From: Thecamonas trahens ATCC 50062 | Lineage: Eukaryota > Protista > Apusomonadida | Direction: 5' to 3' | NCBI RefSeq assembly: GCF_000142905.1 | Contig: NW_013657648.1 | Span: 264,922-328,921 of the forward strand | Length of the DNA stretch: 64,000 nucleotides | Shown here: positions 22,882 through 33,493 of the stretch, in pieces | Numbering within the stretch: position 1 is the first letter of the stretch | Layout of the letters: each line of letters opens with the position of its first letter | The notes under the pieces: model-generated | Told to the model about the DNA's origin: nothing | Seen by the model: only the letters and a program-made list of their open reading frames with translations | Database searches by the model: none | Program-made: the position numbers and the translations under genes

Positions 22882-23966
22882 GAGGGTGACTACGTCTCCA
22901 CATACGGTACTTGACGGCTACATCGCATTGCTCATGCTATCAGTGTTGTCCGCAAGCGCACACGTACCGTGCAGTTTGCTGGAGCAAGCAACCCAACAGT
23001 ACCACTAGCTCAATGCCCGGAAGGTGGGTGTTGGCGTTGCCTGGATGGAGGGGCAGCATGCCGCCTGCGTGAACTCGAGTACGAGCCTAAACCTCATACC
23101 TAGCGGTCAGAGGAGCAGTGCAACAGCCATCTCCCTGGCAAAGGCAATAATCCATGCGATGTCCTCCCACGTGTGCATCGAGTCAAAGTCGCAAGTCGAT
23201 GGTGAAATGTGCGACGATGACGATCGCAAACACGGCGCGTGGACGTGAAAGCAACGCAACGCAAACGGCCAAGATGCGAGCAAACACTTGTGGAACATGC
23301 GCAGCAGCAAGTACAGGAGCAGCAACCCAGAGCAACTGGAAGAACAATGTATGGCTCATGACGCAAAGGTACGCAGCAGTCTGCGACGAGTCCATTCAGC
23401 TCATGGTAGGTGACCGGGCCGGGGGGAGAAGGTTGAGGACAAGGTTTTTGGCAAAATGCCAGGTGTGGAGAGCGACCTGAGGGAGAAGCCGCCAGTCACA
23501 GCCAAGTAGCGACGAGCCACCAGCAACGAGACTCACACCATCCATCGCTGTACCCTTACGACTTCAATCTATCTTCCAAACCATGTTCTTCTTCTCCGTA
23601 GAGCAGTGTTCTAACGATGCTGAACTTGGGGCGGCAACAGCCACTCGAAAGGCGCCAACTATCTCCCCCCCCCCCGCCCAAGTCTTGGCCCCGAGTCCTG
23701 CCTGCGAGAGGCCTCATCTGAATTGGATTGGCATGCCCACTCTCTAGCTCACACTGCGGCTTGGACTGCTGCTGCCGATCCATGATCAGGCGCTAGACGT
23801 TAAAGTAGTGGCCTTTGACGGGCTGGGGGAGAGTGCGGCTGCTCCTGGCTGGCCTTGGCTTGATCTTGGGGCGATCTCGGCCGATGGGAAGCCGGGAGGG
23901 TGGGAGAGGGGGGAGGATGGGGTGCGTGGCAGCTTGCTGCTCAAAGGTTCATTACGGTGAGGAGGA

Positions 23967-24640
23967 TCAGATGTGGCGGATGCCAAGGCCCTCGACACAG
24001 CTCTTGTAGCGGACGAGCGAGGTGCGCTTGAGGTACTTGAGCATCTTGCGGCGCTTGTTGAGCATGGCCTGGAGGCCCTTGCGCGAGTGGACGTCCTTCT
24101 TGTGCTTCTGCATGTGGGTGGTCATGTACTTGATCTTCTCACTGAGGACGGCGATCTGAACCTCGGGCGAGCCGGTGTCGCGGGTATCCCGGGCCCAGGT
24201 GGCAATGGCCTTCTGGATCCGAGCCTGGTTGATCTCCATCTGCGAGGCGGTGGCGTATGAGATGGCCGACATGACGGCAGGGTTGTTCTTGTACGGCTCG
24301 ACAAGCTCCTCGGTCACACCGAAGCGGTACTCTCCCTCGAGGTCGGCAGGCATGCGACCCTTGGCTGCCGCGTCCTCGGCCTCCCGTCCGCCGAGGGCAT
24401 GCCACTTGAACTCGGCGTCCTCAAACAAGCTATCGTCCTCACTCTCGGCATCAGCAGCCTTGCCTGCTGCCGTGTCCTCGTACGGTTCCCGCGTCAGACG
24501 CGTCTGGAACCCGCGGAGGCCGCCTGAGAGCCGGCTCCGCCCGCCCTTGCCACCGCCGCGACAGCCGCTGCTCCAACCCGCCCTGCACACCCAGCCACAC
24601 CCATGCTTGCCCCTACTGCTACTCCTGCCATGCGGAACAT
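23967..24640 (-). CDS. MRPS15: Mitochondrial ribosomal protein uS15m
   Basis: DTGSPEVQIAVLSEKI...HKKDVHSRKGLQAMLNKRRKMLKYLK is the S15 signature. A presequence-like MFRMAGVAVGAS... starts at ATG 24640 in another frame and needs a 1-nt shift near 24520-24545. Confidence 0.9.
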
Positions 24641-24967
24641 TGTGCCCTTCCTCTCTACCCAAGTCTGAGAGTCGAGTCTAAATGCCTCCTTCTACTTCGT
24701 CTGTCTGCCTCGGTCCGGTCCGCAAGTGGTGGGATGGGGCACTGCGCCGCGTCGGCCGACGAAACGAGTGAACGATCTCCGTCTCGGGGCCGATGGACAA
24801 GGTGGGTAGAGGAGGGGGAGATAGTGGGCGGGAATAGGTTAGGTATGGTTTATTGGTACCTAATGCCGGGCGAGGGCAGGTATCACACACACACACACAC
24901 AAAGCCGGTAGTGGCCTGTGGTAACGGGAAGTGAGCGGGTGTGGCCGGGAGTGTGGCAAACGATCGA

Positions 24968-26942
24968 CTACCTGCGCTCGCGCGAGCGCTCGCGACGACG
25001 GGGATCGTACGCGGCCTGTGGATGACGCTGCTGCTGCTGGCCATAGGCTGCATATCCGCCGGCGGCCGGCGGCTGCTGCGTGGCCTGCTGGCCGTATCCG
25101 GCAGCGCTGTACGGCTGCTGCTGACCGTAGGCCGGCGCCGCGGCAGGCTGACCCGCGGCTGCCGGCTGTTGCTGCTGCTGCGAGTAGTTGTAGTTGTACG
25201 GAGAGACGCCATAGTAGGCCTCGTACGCCTTGGCGTACTCATCGTATGTGGCGTAGCCGTAGTACGGGCCCGACCCGGCGGCGCCGGTAGCAGCCGGCTG
25301 CGCGGCCGGCTGCTGAGCAGGCTGGGCGCCGTAGCCAGTGTAGCCGGTGCGCTGAGCGCCACCGCGTGCAGCGTAGCCGCCCTGAGCACCATAGCCGCCC
25401 TGGGCACCATAGCCGCCCTGGGCACCATAGCCGCCCTGGGCACCATAGCCGCCCTGGGCACCGTAGCCGCCGCGGCCGCCGCCGTAGCCGCCGCCGCCGT
25501 AGCCACCTCTATCCCTGCCACCACCACCGCCGTAACGATCACCCCCTCCTCCCTCGCGATCACGCCCGCGCCTCCCTCCGGTCGACGGCCGGACCGTGGC
25601 TGAGATGCCATTCACCATGTGGGTGCCTACCTGCAGCGCCGCTGCGGCTGACGCTCCATCGCTAAAGATCACAAACCCATAGGCACGGCTAGGATCGTTC
25701 TGCTGGGGAATAACCACTGTTTCGTCAATGTTGCCGTACTGCGCAAAGGCGGCATGCAGGTCGCCCTGCGTCACAGCGGGCGTCAGGCCACCCACGTAGA
25801 TCTTTCCTGGGTTGTCGACCCGCACAGCCTCGCCACGCCGCGGCGGAGGCGGTCGCCCGTCACGCCGCATGTGCTCGCGCGCCACAGCCTCCTTCACTTC
25901 GATCTGTCGCCCGTCAACGTCCGAGTGGAGCCCAAGGTTGGCCTCGGCAGACGGCCGGTCGGCAAAGATGACAAACCCGAATCCGCGCGACTTGCCCGTC
26001 GTCTTGTCACACATCACAAGCGCGTCCGCAACGTTCGCTCCACGCGACCGAAAGTATGCTCCCAGCGACTCTATAGTTCACAGCGTGAGTGGTGGCGGCT
26101 CGAACGCACGGCACGTGCGCGACCCTGCTGTGATCGCGATCGTGATCGCGACCAGCGCAGGTGGCCGGCCGAAAGGGGGGGGGGGAAGACGAGGAGGGGG
26201 GATAGAGATACGTACCGTCGGTCGTGTTGTAGGAGAGTCCGCCCACAAAGGTCTTGACCACGCCAGCTGTGGTTGTGGGGAGGTATGTGAGTGGTAGTTG
26301 AGGGGGAGGAAGGGAGATCCATACGTGGCGGGAGCAGAAGGTCGTGAAATCCTGACCTTGGGCCAAGTGGCGGAGAGCGGGGGAGGGAGGGGGGANNNNN
26401 NNNNNNNNNNNNNNNNNNNNNNNNNNNNNNNNNNNNNNNNNNNNNNNNNNNNNNNNNNNNNNNNNNNNNNNNNNNNNNNNNNNNNNNNNNNNNNNCGGAA
26501 ATGTCTGATTGAGGGAGCAAGCGGAGTGAGTGGGGGCCCCGCAGATTTAGCAATTGTGAGCACGGGCGGGGTCGATGGAGGGGCTTGCCACCTAGTCCGT
26601 TGAACTCACTTTGAGCAAGTACATGTAGTCACTCAAGAGGTGGGGGGGGGGGGGGGGAGGGGAGAAAGGCAACATACCTGAGTATGCCTCGGGCTCACCG
26701 CGCTGGACAGGCTCGACCGCGGTGTGGCCTCCTGCCGGAGCTGCGGGGTAGGCCGCGGTGACCGGAGGCGCGGCAGCTGGTGCAGCCGTCGGCTTGAAAT
26801 ACTGGAGGCTGGGCGCGGCGGCTTGCATGTAGTTCCCGCCGGCGGCGCCGGCAGCAGCCGGGGCTGCGGCTGCGGCGACCGGTCCGGCTGCGGGTGCAGG
26901 TGCGGGTGCTGCTCCACTTCCACCGGGCGCGGGAGTGGCCAT
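24968..26942 (-). CDS. Two-RRM RNA-binding protein with Gly/Tyr/Gln-rich tail (hnRNP A/B, Musashi/DAZAP-like)
   Basis: Predicted exons 26942..26678, 26266..26216, 26070..24968. RNP2 TFVGGL/IYVGGL, RNP1 RGFGFVIF/RAYGFVIF, (GGYGAQ)5 repeat. An N-gap lies in intron 1. Confidence 0.85.
26396..26495. other. Assembly gap (100 N)
   Basis: N run next to a G-rich tract. Confidence 1.
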
Positions 26943-27094
26943 GGTGCGGGTGGAAAGGGTGGAGTGTCGAGGGCCGAGCGCCGTGTCGCCTTGGGCGCGC
27001 GACCAGCGGCCGGCGGCCGGCGGCCGATGGCCAATTGCAGCCGACCTGCAGCCGACAGCCGGTTTGGTGAAGTGATTGAGGAGCAGACTCTCCT

Positions 27095-28546
27095 TTACGC
27101 GATGTAGGCCTCGGCAGAGTTGAGCTCGTCGATGTATCGATCGGTGCCCGATTCGGCAGCGCTAGCGTCGGCGTTGGCGTCGGCGCCAGCGTCAGCCCGA
27201 GAGTTGGCGCCGGCGGTGGAATCAGGGTCAGGCACCGAGGCCGAGGCCGAAGCGGTCGTGTGGGCATCAGGCACCGAGGCCGAGGCCGAAGCGGTCGTGT
27301 GGGCATCTGCGATGCTCTCTAGGAGCAGCTGTTCGGGTGACTTGGTGGCGGATGAGGCGGCGGCGTCGCCGACGAGTACGCCCTTTGTGGTCTCCTTGGC
27401 GGCGATGCCGACAAGCGACTTGTAGCCGATCTTGTTGATGTTGAGGACCGACTCGGTGACGTGGCCGACGGCCGAGAGTGTGTTCTTAGTCACTTCGCCG
27501 GCGTCGCCGCCGTAGCGGTGGGCGACAACGTCGGTGGTGGCGGATGAGACGTTGGAGGCGAGGATGTGGCCGGCAGAGTAGAGCGAGGAGAGCATAGTGT
27601 CGACGGCCGAGATGGCCGAGACACCGACGCGCTTGGCAGCCATCATTTTGGGTCCGGCCGTACCCGAGTTGAACTTGCGGCCGTATTCGGTCTCCGAGAT
27701 GGCGTCGGCTGCGGCCTGGCCGAGGGTGCTGGCCATGGCGCGGACGCCATTAACCAAGGCGTCCGACACGGTCACAGCCGCCGACGACAGCTTGTTCACG
27801 TACGCCACCTTGGTCTTGACTCCGTCTGAGACCACTAGCGGCTTACTTGCCGGCTTGATCTTCGACTGCACGAACACGCCCGTCGACGCCACGCCCGAGC
27901 CGACCACCTCGGCCGACGAGATCACCGCCTTGCCCACCGTCGCCGCCGACGAGTCCAACACGTTGGCCACCCCGGTCATGACTGCCGCCACCGTCGATGA
28001 CGGCGGAGCGGTGCTCTCTGGAACTTCTCCTGCCTCGAGCGATGCTGCGCCGGCAGTGGTGATGACCGGAATGGCAGCAGGCTCCGCATCGATTTGCGAC
28101 GACTCCGCAGGAGGAGCATCAGCGGAAGCCTCGTCAGCAGATGATTCGGCTCGATCGAGCGGCGGCTCAGCAACAACTTCCTGCTTCTCTTGCGTCTTGT
28201 CGGCAAACTTGGTGTGGAAGGCAAGCAAGTTGTCGAGAATGACGTGGGCTTGCGGCGGAGCGTGCGGCGGGAGGACGATACCCATGTACTGGGCACCTGG
28301 CAGAGGAAAGACATAGTTTCCAGGCGAGACTTTGAGAGCAGGGACATGTGGACCAACTAAGGGAATTCGTGCTTCTCCACAGAGAAGGAATCGGACAGGC
28401 TCTGGCTCTGATGGCACCTCCCAGTACTCGAGCTCGGCTGGCTCGGCTGCTGTCTTGGTCTGTTCGTGGATGTGAACACAGGTGACGTCCGGAATGCGAA
28501 GGAAGACTCTTCCGCTCCGCTCCTGGCACTCTTCACTCGATGACAT
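27095..28546 (-). CDS. Senescence-domain protein (spartin/ERD7-like)
   Basis: N-terminal PALKVSPGNYVFP...MGIVLP segment followed by amphipathic Ala/Val/Ser helices ending TTDVVAHRYGGDAGEVT. Confidence 0.75.
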   Translation of the reverse strand: MSSSEECQERSGRVFLRIPDVTCVHIHEQTKTAAEPAELEYWEVPSEPEPVRFLLCGEARIPLVGPHVPALKVSPGNYVFPLPGAQYMGIVLPPHAPPQAHVILDNLLAFHTKFADKTQEKQEVVAEPPLDRAESSADEASADAPPAESSQIDAEPAAIPVITTAGAASLEAGEVPESTAPPSSTVAAVMTGVANVLDSSAATVGKAVISSAEVVGSGVASTGVFVQSKIKPASKPLVVSDGVKTKVAYVNKLSSAAVTVSDALVNGVRAMASTLGQAAADAISETEYGRKFNSGTAGPKMMAAKRVGVSAISAVDTMLSSLYSAGHILASNVSSATTDVVAHRYGGDAGEVTKNTLSAVGHVTESVLNINKIGYKSLVGIAAKETTKGVLVGDAAASSATKSPEQLLLESIADAHTTASASASVPDAHTTASASASVPDPDSTAGANSRADAGADANADASAAESGTDRYIDELNSAEAYIA

Positions 28547-28699
28547 GCTCGAGTCGTTGAGTGTGTGCGTGTGTGTGAGTATGTATGTGTGTGAGTGTGT
28601 GGGTGGGTGTGTGACGTTGAGTGTCCGTCCGCGAGGTGACGTGGGTACGGAATGGAACGCAGGCTGGGTGCTCGTATTGTGGGGCCATCCGATCGGTGG

Positions 28700-28975
28700 A
28701 GGACCATCCTCGGAGAGAAGGGGAGGATGAGGGAGGAAGGGAGGATGTTTGGTTGTGGAAGCTGTGGAAGGGGAGGGGATGGGGGGGGGGAATGGGATGA
28801 GGTGGGCTGGGATCGAGCACGAGCTTTTCGTGATCTGGGCTTTGTGCGCGTGTGGTGAGTATTGAGCAATCGAACGATAGAGGACCATTCTCGGAGGGAA
28901 GGGGAGGATGAGGGAGGAAGGGAGGATGTTTGGTTGTGGAAGCTGTTGAGGTTGAGGGGAGGGGAGGATGGGACG
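28700..28975. repeat. Imperfect direct repeat of a ~70-90 bp purine-rich element (~28701 and ~28882)
   Basis: ggaccat(c/t)ctcggag.gaaggggaggatgagggaggaagggaggatgtttggttgtggaagctgt occurs twice, 181 bp apart. Confidence 0.8.
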
Positions 28976-29277
28976 TCATGAGGCGGCCCGAGATCACGAT
29001 CGAGCAAGGTTCCCTGATCGGGCTATGATGCGGTGCGTGTGGTAGCAGGCGCCGAAACCTTTGATCGGTGACGGCAGAACATACGCATGAAGATGTATGT
29101 GGCTGTACTTGCGTGCGCGCGCGTGTGTGCGTGTATCTGTCTCATCTCACGCACAGACGGCCTGGCCGAGCGACGAACAATGGTCTCCGCCACACACCTG
29201 CGTTGCGGAAGGAGGCACATCCAAGGCCATACCCAACTCAGCTGCCTTCCCCTGTCACCCTCGTCACGTGCTCTAGG

Positions 29278-32200
29278 ATGAAGCAAGAGTGTGCTTTTGT
29301 GGTTGCAGTACTTGTGGTCTGCAGCGTCTTTGCTGTGGGCTCTGTGGGCTCTGTGGTCATGGGTGGCATCGTGGACGACGACGAGGTGATGAACATGGGT
29401 GAACTGGTTGCTCCTGGAAGTCATGCGCTGGATGTAGTGGACATGTACACCTCTTCTCATGCGTCTACGTTATGTAGCTATCCGGTTCTGGTCTTGTCTG
29501 GTGGGCAATCTCTCGATGTGTGTGGTCCGGATTGGCTTTCTCTCGATGATGCCAGGTTTGTGGCAAAGGCTCCCGTGGCCATCATGGGAAGCCGTGCCGC
29601 CATTGCCCTTGAAGAAATCCGATTCGAGTGTGCAGTCGCTGGCCATTCTGGTGTGATCGTCGAGCATGGGCCGATGATGGACAAGGCTGGTGTGTGGGAG
29701 CTGGTGGTGCGCTCGCGGAGAAGCGATGTCTGCCAGCTAGCGATAGCGCCTCGGGCACAGGCTCTGCCCACGCAGCAGCCGATGCAGGCTCGTACAGACT
29801 CTGGTCACTACAGCCCGCTTGTCACTACCACTGTCCTTGACTCATTCATTTCGACGATGTCCACCTCACCGACGTCAATCTCCCGGGTTGTCGTCACTGC
29901 CGCCGGCTCAGTCTACACCACCTTTGACTACTCGGCACACTTCAAGCTTGCCAACAGCGAGCTGGAGGGCTTTGCCGAGATGCAGGCCAACGCCAAGAAC
30001 GGTGCGTACGCTGTCTACCGCTCGGCGGCCAACCCGGATCGGCTCTTTGTTGCCGGCCAGGGCACCCGCCACTGGGTTAGCGACGACGGCGGTCAGACCT
30101 TCCGCCCCATCGACACGCCGCTTGTGCTCGATGTGGGATACACAGGCATTCTCTCCTCGACTCCTCTTGTTCTTTTGTCGCCGTACGAGACGTCGACCAT
30201 CCTGGCACTCGGCGCCACGGCTGGCTGTCTTGACGCGCATGCCAAGCATGACTGCGCCCGCACCGTCATGGTCTCGCGCGACTTTGGCTCAACCTGGGCG
30301 CTTGTTGCCAGCTATGTCGACTCGGTCCAGTTTGCCCGGCCCGACGATAATGCTCCACTCGGCAGGCTGTTTGCTGTTGTTTGGCCAGGCATGACTGATG
30401 GCAATCAGCCGACTGCGGCCAGCCGCAAGGCCGCCTTTGTCGTCTCGGATTCGTACTTTCGCGCCGATCCGGTGACAATTGTCGACCATGCCCCCCACTT
30501 TCTGGTCTACACTTCACACATCTTTGTCGTCCAGGCCGGTATCGCCAGTGATGGTGGCTACGGCTTGCTGCTCTCTTCTGACCACGGCGCATCCTTTGCG
30601 CCGCTTGACCTGCCAGCCTCGGTCGCCGACCTCGACCAGGACCGCTGGTTTGTTTTCGACGGCGAGGACGGTGCTGTTTTCCTCGTCGTCGTTCACTCCA
30701 CGACCTGGGGCCATCTGTATCTTTCCGACGCAAATGGCCGCGACTTTGCGCTTGTCCTCGAGCAGGTCCATGTGGGCCGCAAGTACCCAGATGTGACCGC
30801 GCTGGCCTCGATCGATGCTGCGCTGATGGCCAATGTGGTGGTAGACGACGATCCTGACGCGCCGGCTACCTCGGTCGCCCTTGTCACTCTGGTCTCGCAC
30901 GACGCCGGCGGTGTGTGGACCCGACTGCCGGCTCCGCCCGGCACGCCGAACGATCCGCCGGTCTGGCTCAACCTCTTTGGCTCTTCCTCCTTGTTCTCCT
31001 CAATCTACGCCCCGATCGATGCTCCGGGCATCATTTATGGCTCGGGCTCGGTCGGCAAGTTCCTCGACCTGCGCCACTCGTACACCTCGACTTTTGTGTC
31101 TCATGATGGTGGCGTGACCTGGATGTCGGTGGCCGAGACCGAGACTCAGGTCGCAAGTCTCGCAGGCGGCTCGGTGAGCGTCGGCATGGACTTCCCGTCG
31201 GCCACTGGCTCGTTCCTCTACTCGTGGGACACGTTTGCTACCGCACCGGCGACCGGCGTCTTTGAGCACGACACGACAAACATAGTTATGGGCAACTTCC
31301 TCCGCCCACAGCCCGGTGCGAACCCGCTGGTTGTCTCGTACAAGGCGTTCAAGGTCTTCAAGAGTGTCTTTCACACCTACATCGTCACCTTTGACTTTAC
31401 AGCTGCCTCGCGTCATCCTGTCGAGTGCACCGATGACGACATGGAGCACTTTGTGCCGGCCTACGACGGCGGATGCATCCTTGGCAGCCGCACCACCTAC
31501 TCTCGCCGCAAGCCCGAGGCGATGTGTGTGAACCCGAGCTCGGGCGTGCCGGCGCCGACTCACGGTGCCATCTGCGCCTGCACAGACGACGACTGGGAGT
31601 GCGACTTTGGCTACCAGCTGCTCGATGACGACGATCCAACCGTGTGCATCGCCGATCCCGACGCTGTCATCGCCCCGCCGCCGGCTTGGTGCCGTCCAGG
31701 CCTCACCTACCAGGGCACCCAGGGCTACCGGCTCATCGCTGGCGACAAGTGCGATACCTCCATGGACGGAGCGGTCAACAAGGGCCCGCTTACTCTAGCC
31801 TGCCCGAGCCACACGCCATCGCCGCCGCCATCGCCGCCGCCGTCGCCGCCACCGCCGCCGTCGCCGGCCAAGCCTGCCCCACGTCCGTCGCCAGCCCCGC
31901 GCCCGTCGCCGCCACCGCCACCGGCCCCTGCCTCGCCGGCACCCGGCTCTGAAACCGCGGATGCTATTGAGCGCGAGGCTGCCGAAAAGCGCAAGGTCAC
32001 TGGCCTCACTCTCGCGGTCATCCTTCTCGTCCTCGTCGTCGCTACCCTTTTGGGTGCCCTCGTCTGGTCGCGGCGCGGCACCACCCTTGCGCGGGTCCGT
32101 GCCCAGCACGACGACTCGTCTGACATGGAGGTCGGCTTGCTGCAGACAGTTGAACGTCGTGATGACGGTCTGCTCCAGGCTGTCGACCATCGCAACGATG

Positions 32201-32388
32201 AGGACCAGCTCCTCGTCGACTTTGGCTTTACCCGCGATGACCTCGTCCCGCGCACATCGCCGGCTACCGCCACAACACCTGCTTCTGACGCCGACGGCGA
32301 CGGCGACGCTGCCAACACCGACACTGCTGGCGATGCGGGCAACATCGACGAAGATCTGGACCTTCTTGGTGACGAGTTGGACCTTTAG
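29278..32388 (+). CDS. VPS10-domain (sortilin-like) type I membrane sorting receptor
   Basis: Signal peptide; Asp-box repeats (SDDGGQTF, SRDFGSTW, SSDHGASF, SHDAGGVW, SHDGGVTW); 10CC module (CILG...CACTDDDWECDFGY...GYRLIAGDKC); Pro-rich stalk; TM; acidic dileucine tail. Confidence 0.9.
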   Translation: MKQECAFVVAVLVVCSVFAVGSVGSVVMGGIVDDDEVMNMGELVAPGSHALDVVDMYTSSHASTLCSYPVLVLSGGQSLDVCGPDWLSLDDARFVAKAPVAIMGSRAAIALEEIRFECAVAGHSGVIVEHGPMMDKAGVWELVVRSRRSDVCQLAIAPRAQALPTQQPMQARTDSGHYSPLVTTTVLDSFISTMSTSPTSISRVVVTAAGSVYTTFDYSAHFKLANSELEGFAEMQANAKNGAYAVYRSAANPDRLFVAGQGTRHWVSDDGGQTFRPIDTPLVLDVGYTGILSSTPLVLLSPYETSTILALGATAGCLDAHAKHDCARTVMVSRDFGSTWALVASYVDSVQFARPDDNAPLGRLFAVVWPGMTDGNQPTAASRKAAFVVSDSYFRADPVTIVDHAPHFLVYTSHIFVVQAGIASDGGYGLLLSSDHGASFAPLDLPASVADLDQDRWFVFDGEDGAVFLVVVHSTTWGHLYLSDANGRDFALVLEQVHVGRKYPDVTALASIDAALMANVVVDDDPDAPATSVALVTLVSHDAGGVWTRLPAPPGTPNDPPVWLNLFGSSSLFSSIYAPIDAPGIIYGSGSVGKFLDLRHSYTSTFVSHDGGVTWMSVAETETQVASLAGGSVSVGMDFPSATGSFLYSWDTFATAPATGVFEHDTTNIVMGNFLRPQPGANPLVVSYKAFKVFKSVFHTYIVTFDFTAASRHPVECTDDDMEHFVPAYDGGCILGSRTTYSRRKPEAMCVNPSSGVPAPTHGAICACTDDDWECDFGYQLLDDDDPTVCIADPDAVIAPPPAWCRPGLTYQGTQGYRLIAGDKCDTSMDGAVNKGPLTLACPSHTPSPPPSPPPSPPPPPSPAKPAPRPSPAPRPSPPPPPAPASPAPGSETADAIEREAAEKRKVTGLTLAVILLVLVVATLLGALVWSRRGTTLARVRAQHDDSSDMEVGLLQTVERRDDGLLQAVDHRNDEDQLLVDFGFTRDDLVPRTSPATATTPASDADGDGDAANTDTAGDAGNIDEDLDLLGDELDL

Positions 32389-32632
32389 TACAGTCTATCA
32401 TCGTGCTGTGTATGTGTGTGTGGGGGAATATGCAAGCAAAGCTAGCGCAGCCAAGAGCACGGAACAGTCCGAACCCATGGCGATTGCCAGCAGAGGAGCA
32501 CCAGCTGAGGCCAATACGGTGAGCACCTGGCAGAGCGCCACAGATAGCCTCCGCACAGTGGGCGGAAGCATCTGACGAGGCGCGGAAGTGATGGTTGGGA
32601 GGGGAGGCCGAGAGAGAGAAAGAGGGCGGCCA

Positions 32633-33034
32633 TCACTCGGAGCGGGAGCTTGCAGAGGCCTGCGAGGCAACGGCGGCGGCAACGGAGGAAGAGGGCGAGG
32701 AGGAGCCGGAGATGAGGTCAGCGGTGACGGCATCGAGGGCTTGGAGATGATGAGCACGGAGGTCCCACTCAGGATGAGGATGGGGCGGATGGCCACAGGT
32801 AGCACAGAGATGATGCATGAGACGATCTGAACCACAGGAAGAGCATGAAGTAATGTTGGTCTTGAGAGAGAGTCGCTTGTGCGAGCCAGCACGACGGCGC
32901 TTGCGTCGGGCGAGAGAGACCTTGTGCTTGGGCACGGCGTAGCTACGGACGCTGGTCTGGCTCACACCGCCACCAACCACGGCAACTCCATGCGCTGCCA
33001 CAAGGGGTCGAACAGCTCCAACAGCACGAAACAT
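32633..33034 (-). CDS. MRPL32: Mitochondrial ribosomal protein bL32m
   Basis: Presequence MFRAVGAVRP..., then AVPKHKVSLARRKRRR and CSSCG...HHLCATCG zinc ribbon. Confidence 0.85.
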   Translation of the reverse strand: MFRAVGAVRPLVAAHGVAVVGGGVSQTSVRSYAVPKHKVSLARRKRRRAGSHKRLSLKTNITSCSSCGSDRLMHHLCATCGHPPHPHPEWDLRAHHLQALDAVTADLISGSSSPSSSVAAAVASQASASSRSE

Positions 33035-33493
33035 AAATGACTAGTTCTTCTAACCCTCCTCACCAACTGCTGTCTATATCAAGTCGACTGGTGCTCCTTG
33101 CCCGCCCCCCCGGCCCTTGCCCCCCCCCCTCCCTCAACAATGGCGGCTTGTGTCGGTCGCGGGATGAACCGCTGCGTTCGTCGCCCGCCGCCCGCCGCTC
33201 GCCGCCCGCTCGCTGTCCGCCCGCCCGCCGCCCGACCACCGACTCACAAGCCGATCGCCTGCCATATGGACGCTAGTAAGCAATTCGGTCGCCTCTTGCG
33301 TGTCTTAATTGAGCTCTGGCTCGTTGAAGTGTGTATCGGTCTGTGTTTGGGGGGCGTTGTGGTTGACTGTCGATCTGGGCTGCTGCTGGGGGGGGAGAGA
33401 GAGAGAGACAAAGAGAGGCAGTGTGCAGGACTTTCTCCAGGTGGCATGCCAAATCCAGCACAAGAGTGGACGCCCTCGCGAGGTGACGGGCAA

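Noticed and set aside
22473-22884. CRISPR-like pattern of identical repeats separated by unique spacers
   Set aside because: The repeats are 72-nt cloverleaf tRNA genes with oligo-T terminators, the spacers are ~90 bp, there are no cas genes and the context is eukaryotic
22940-23900. Hydrophobic short ORFs on the minus strand upstream of the tRNA array (possible membrane-protein remnant)
   Set aside because: Fragmented across frames with stops and no identifiable family
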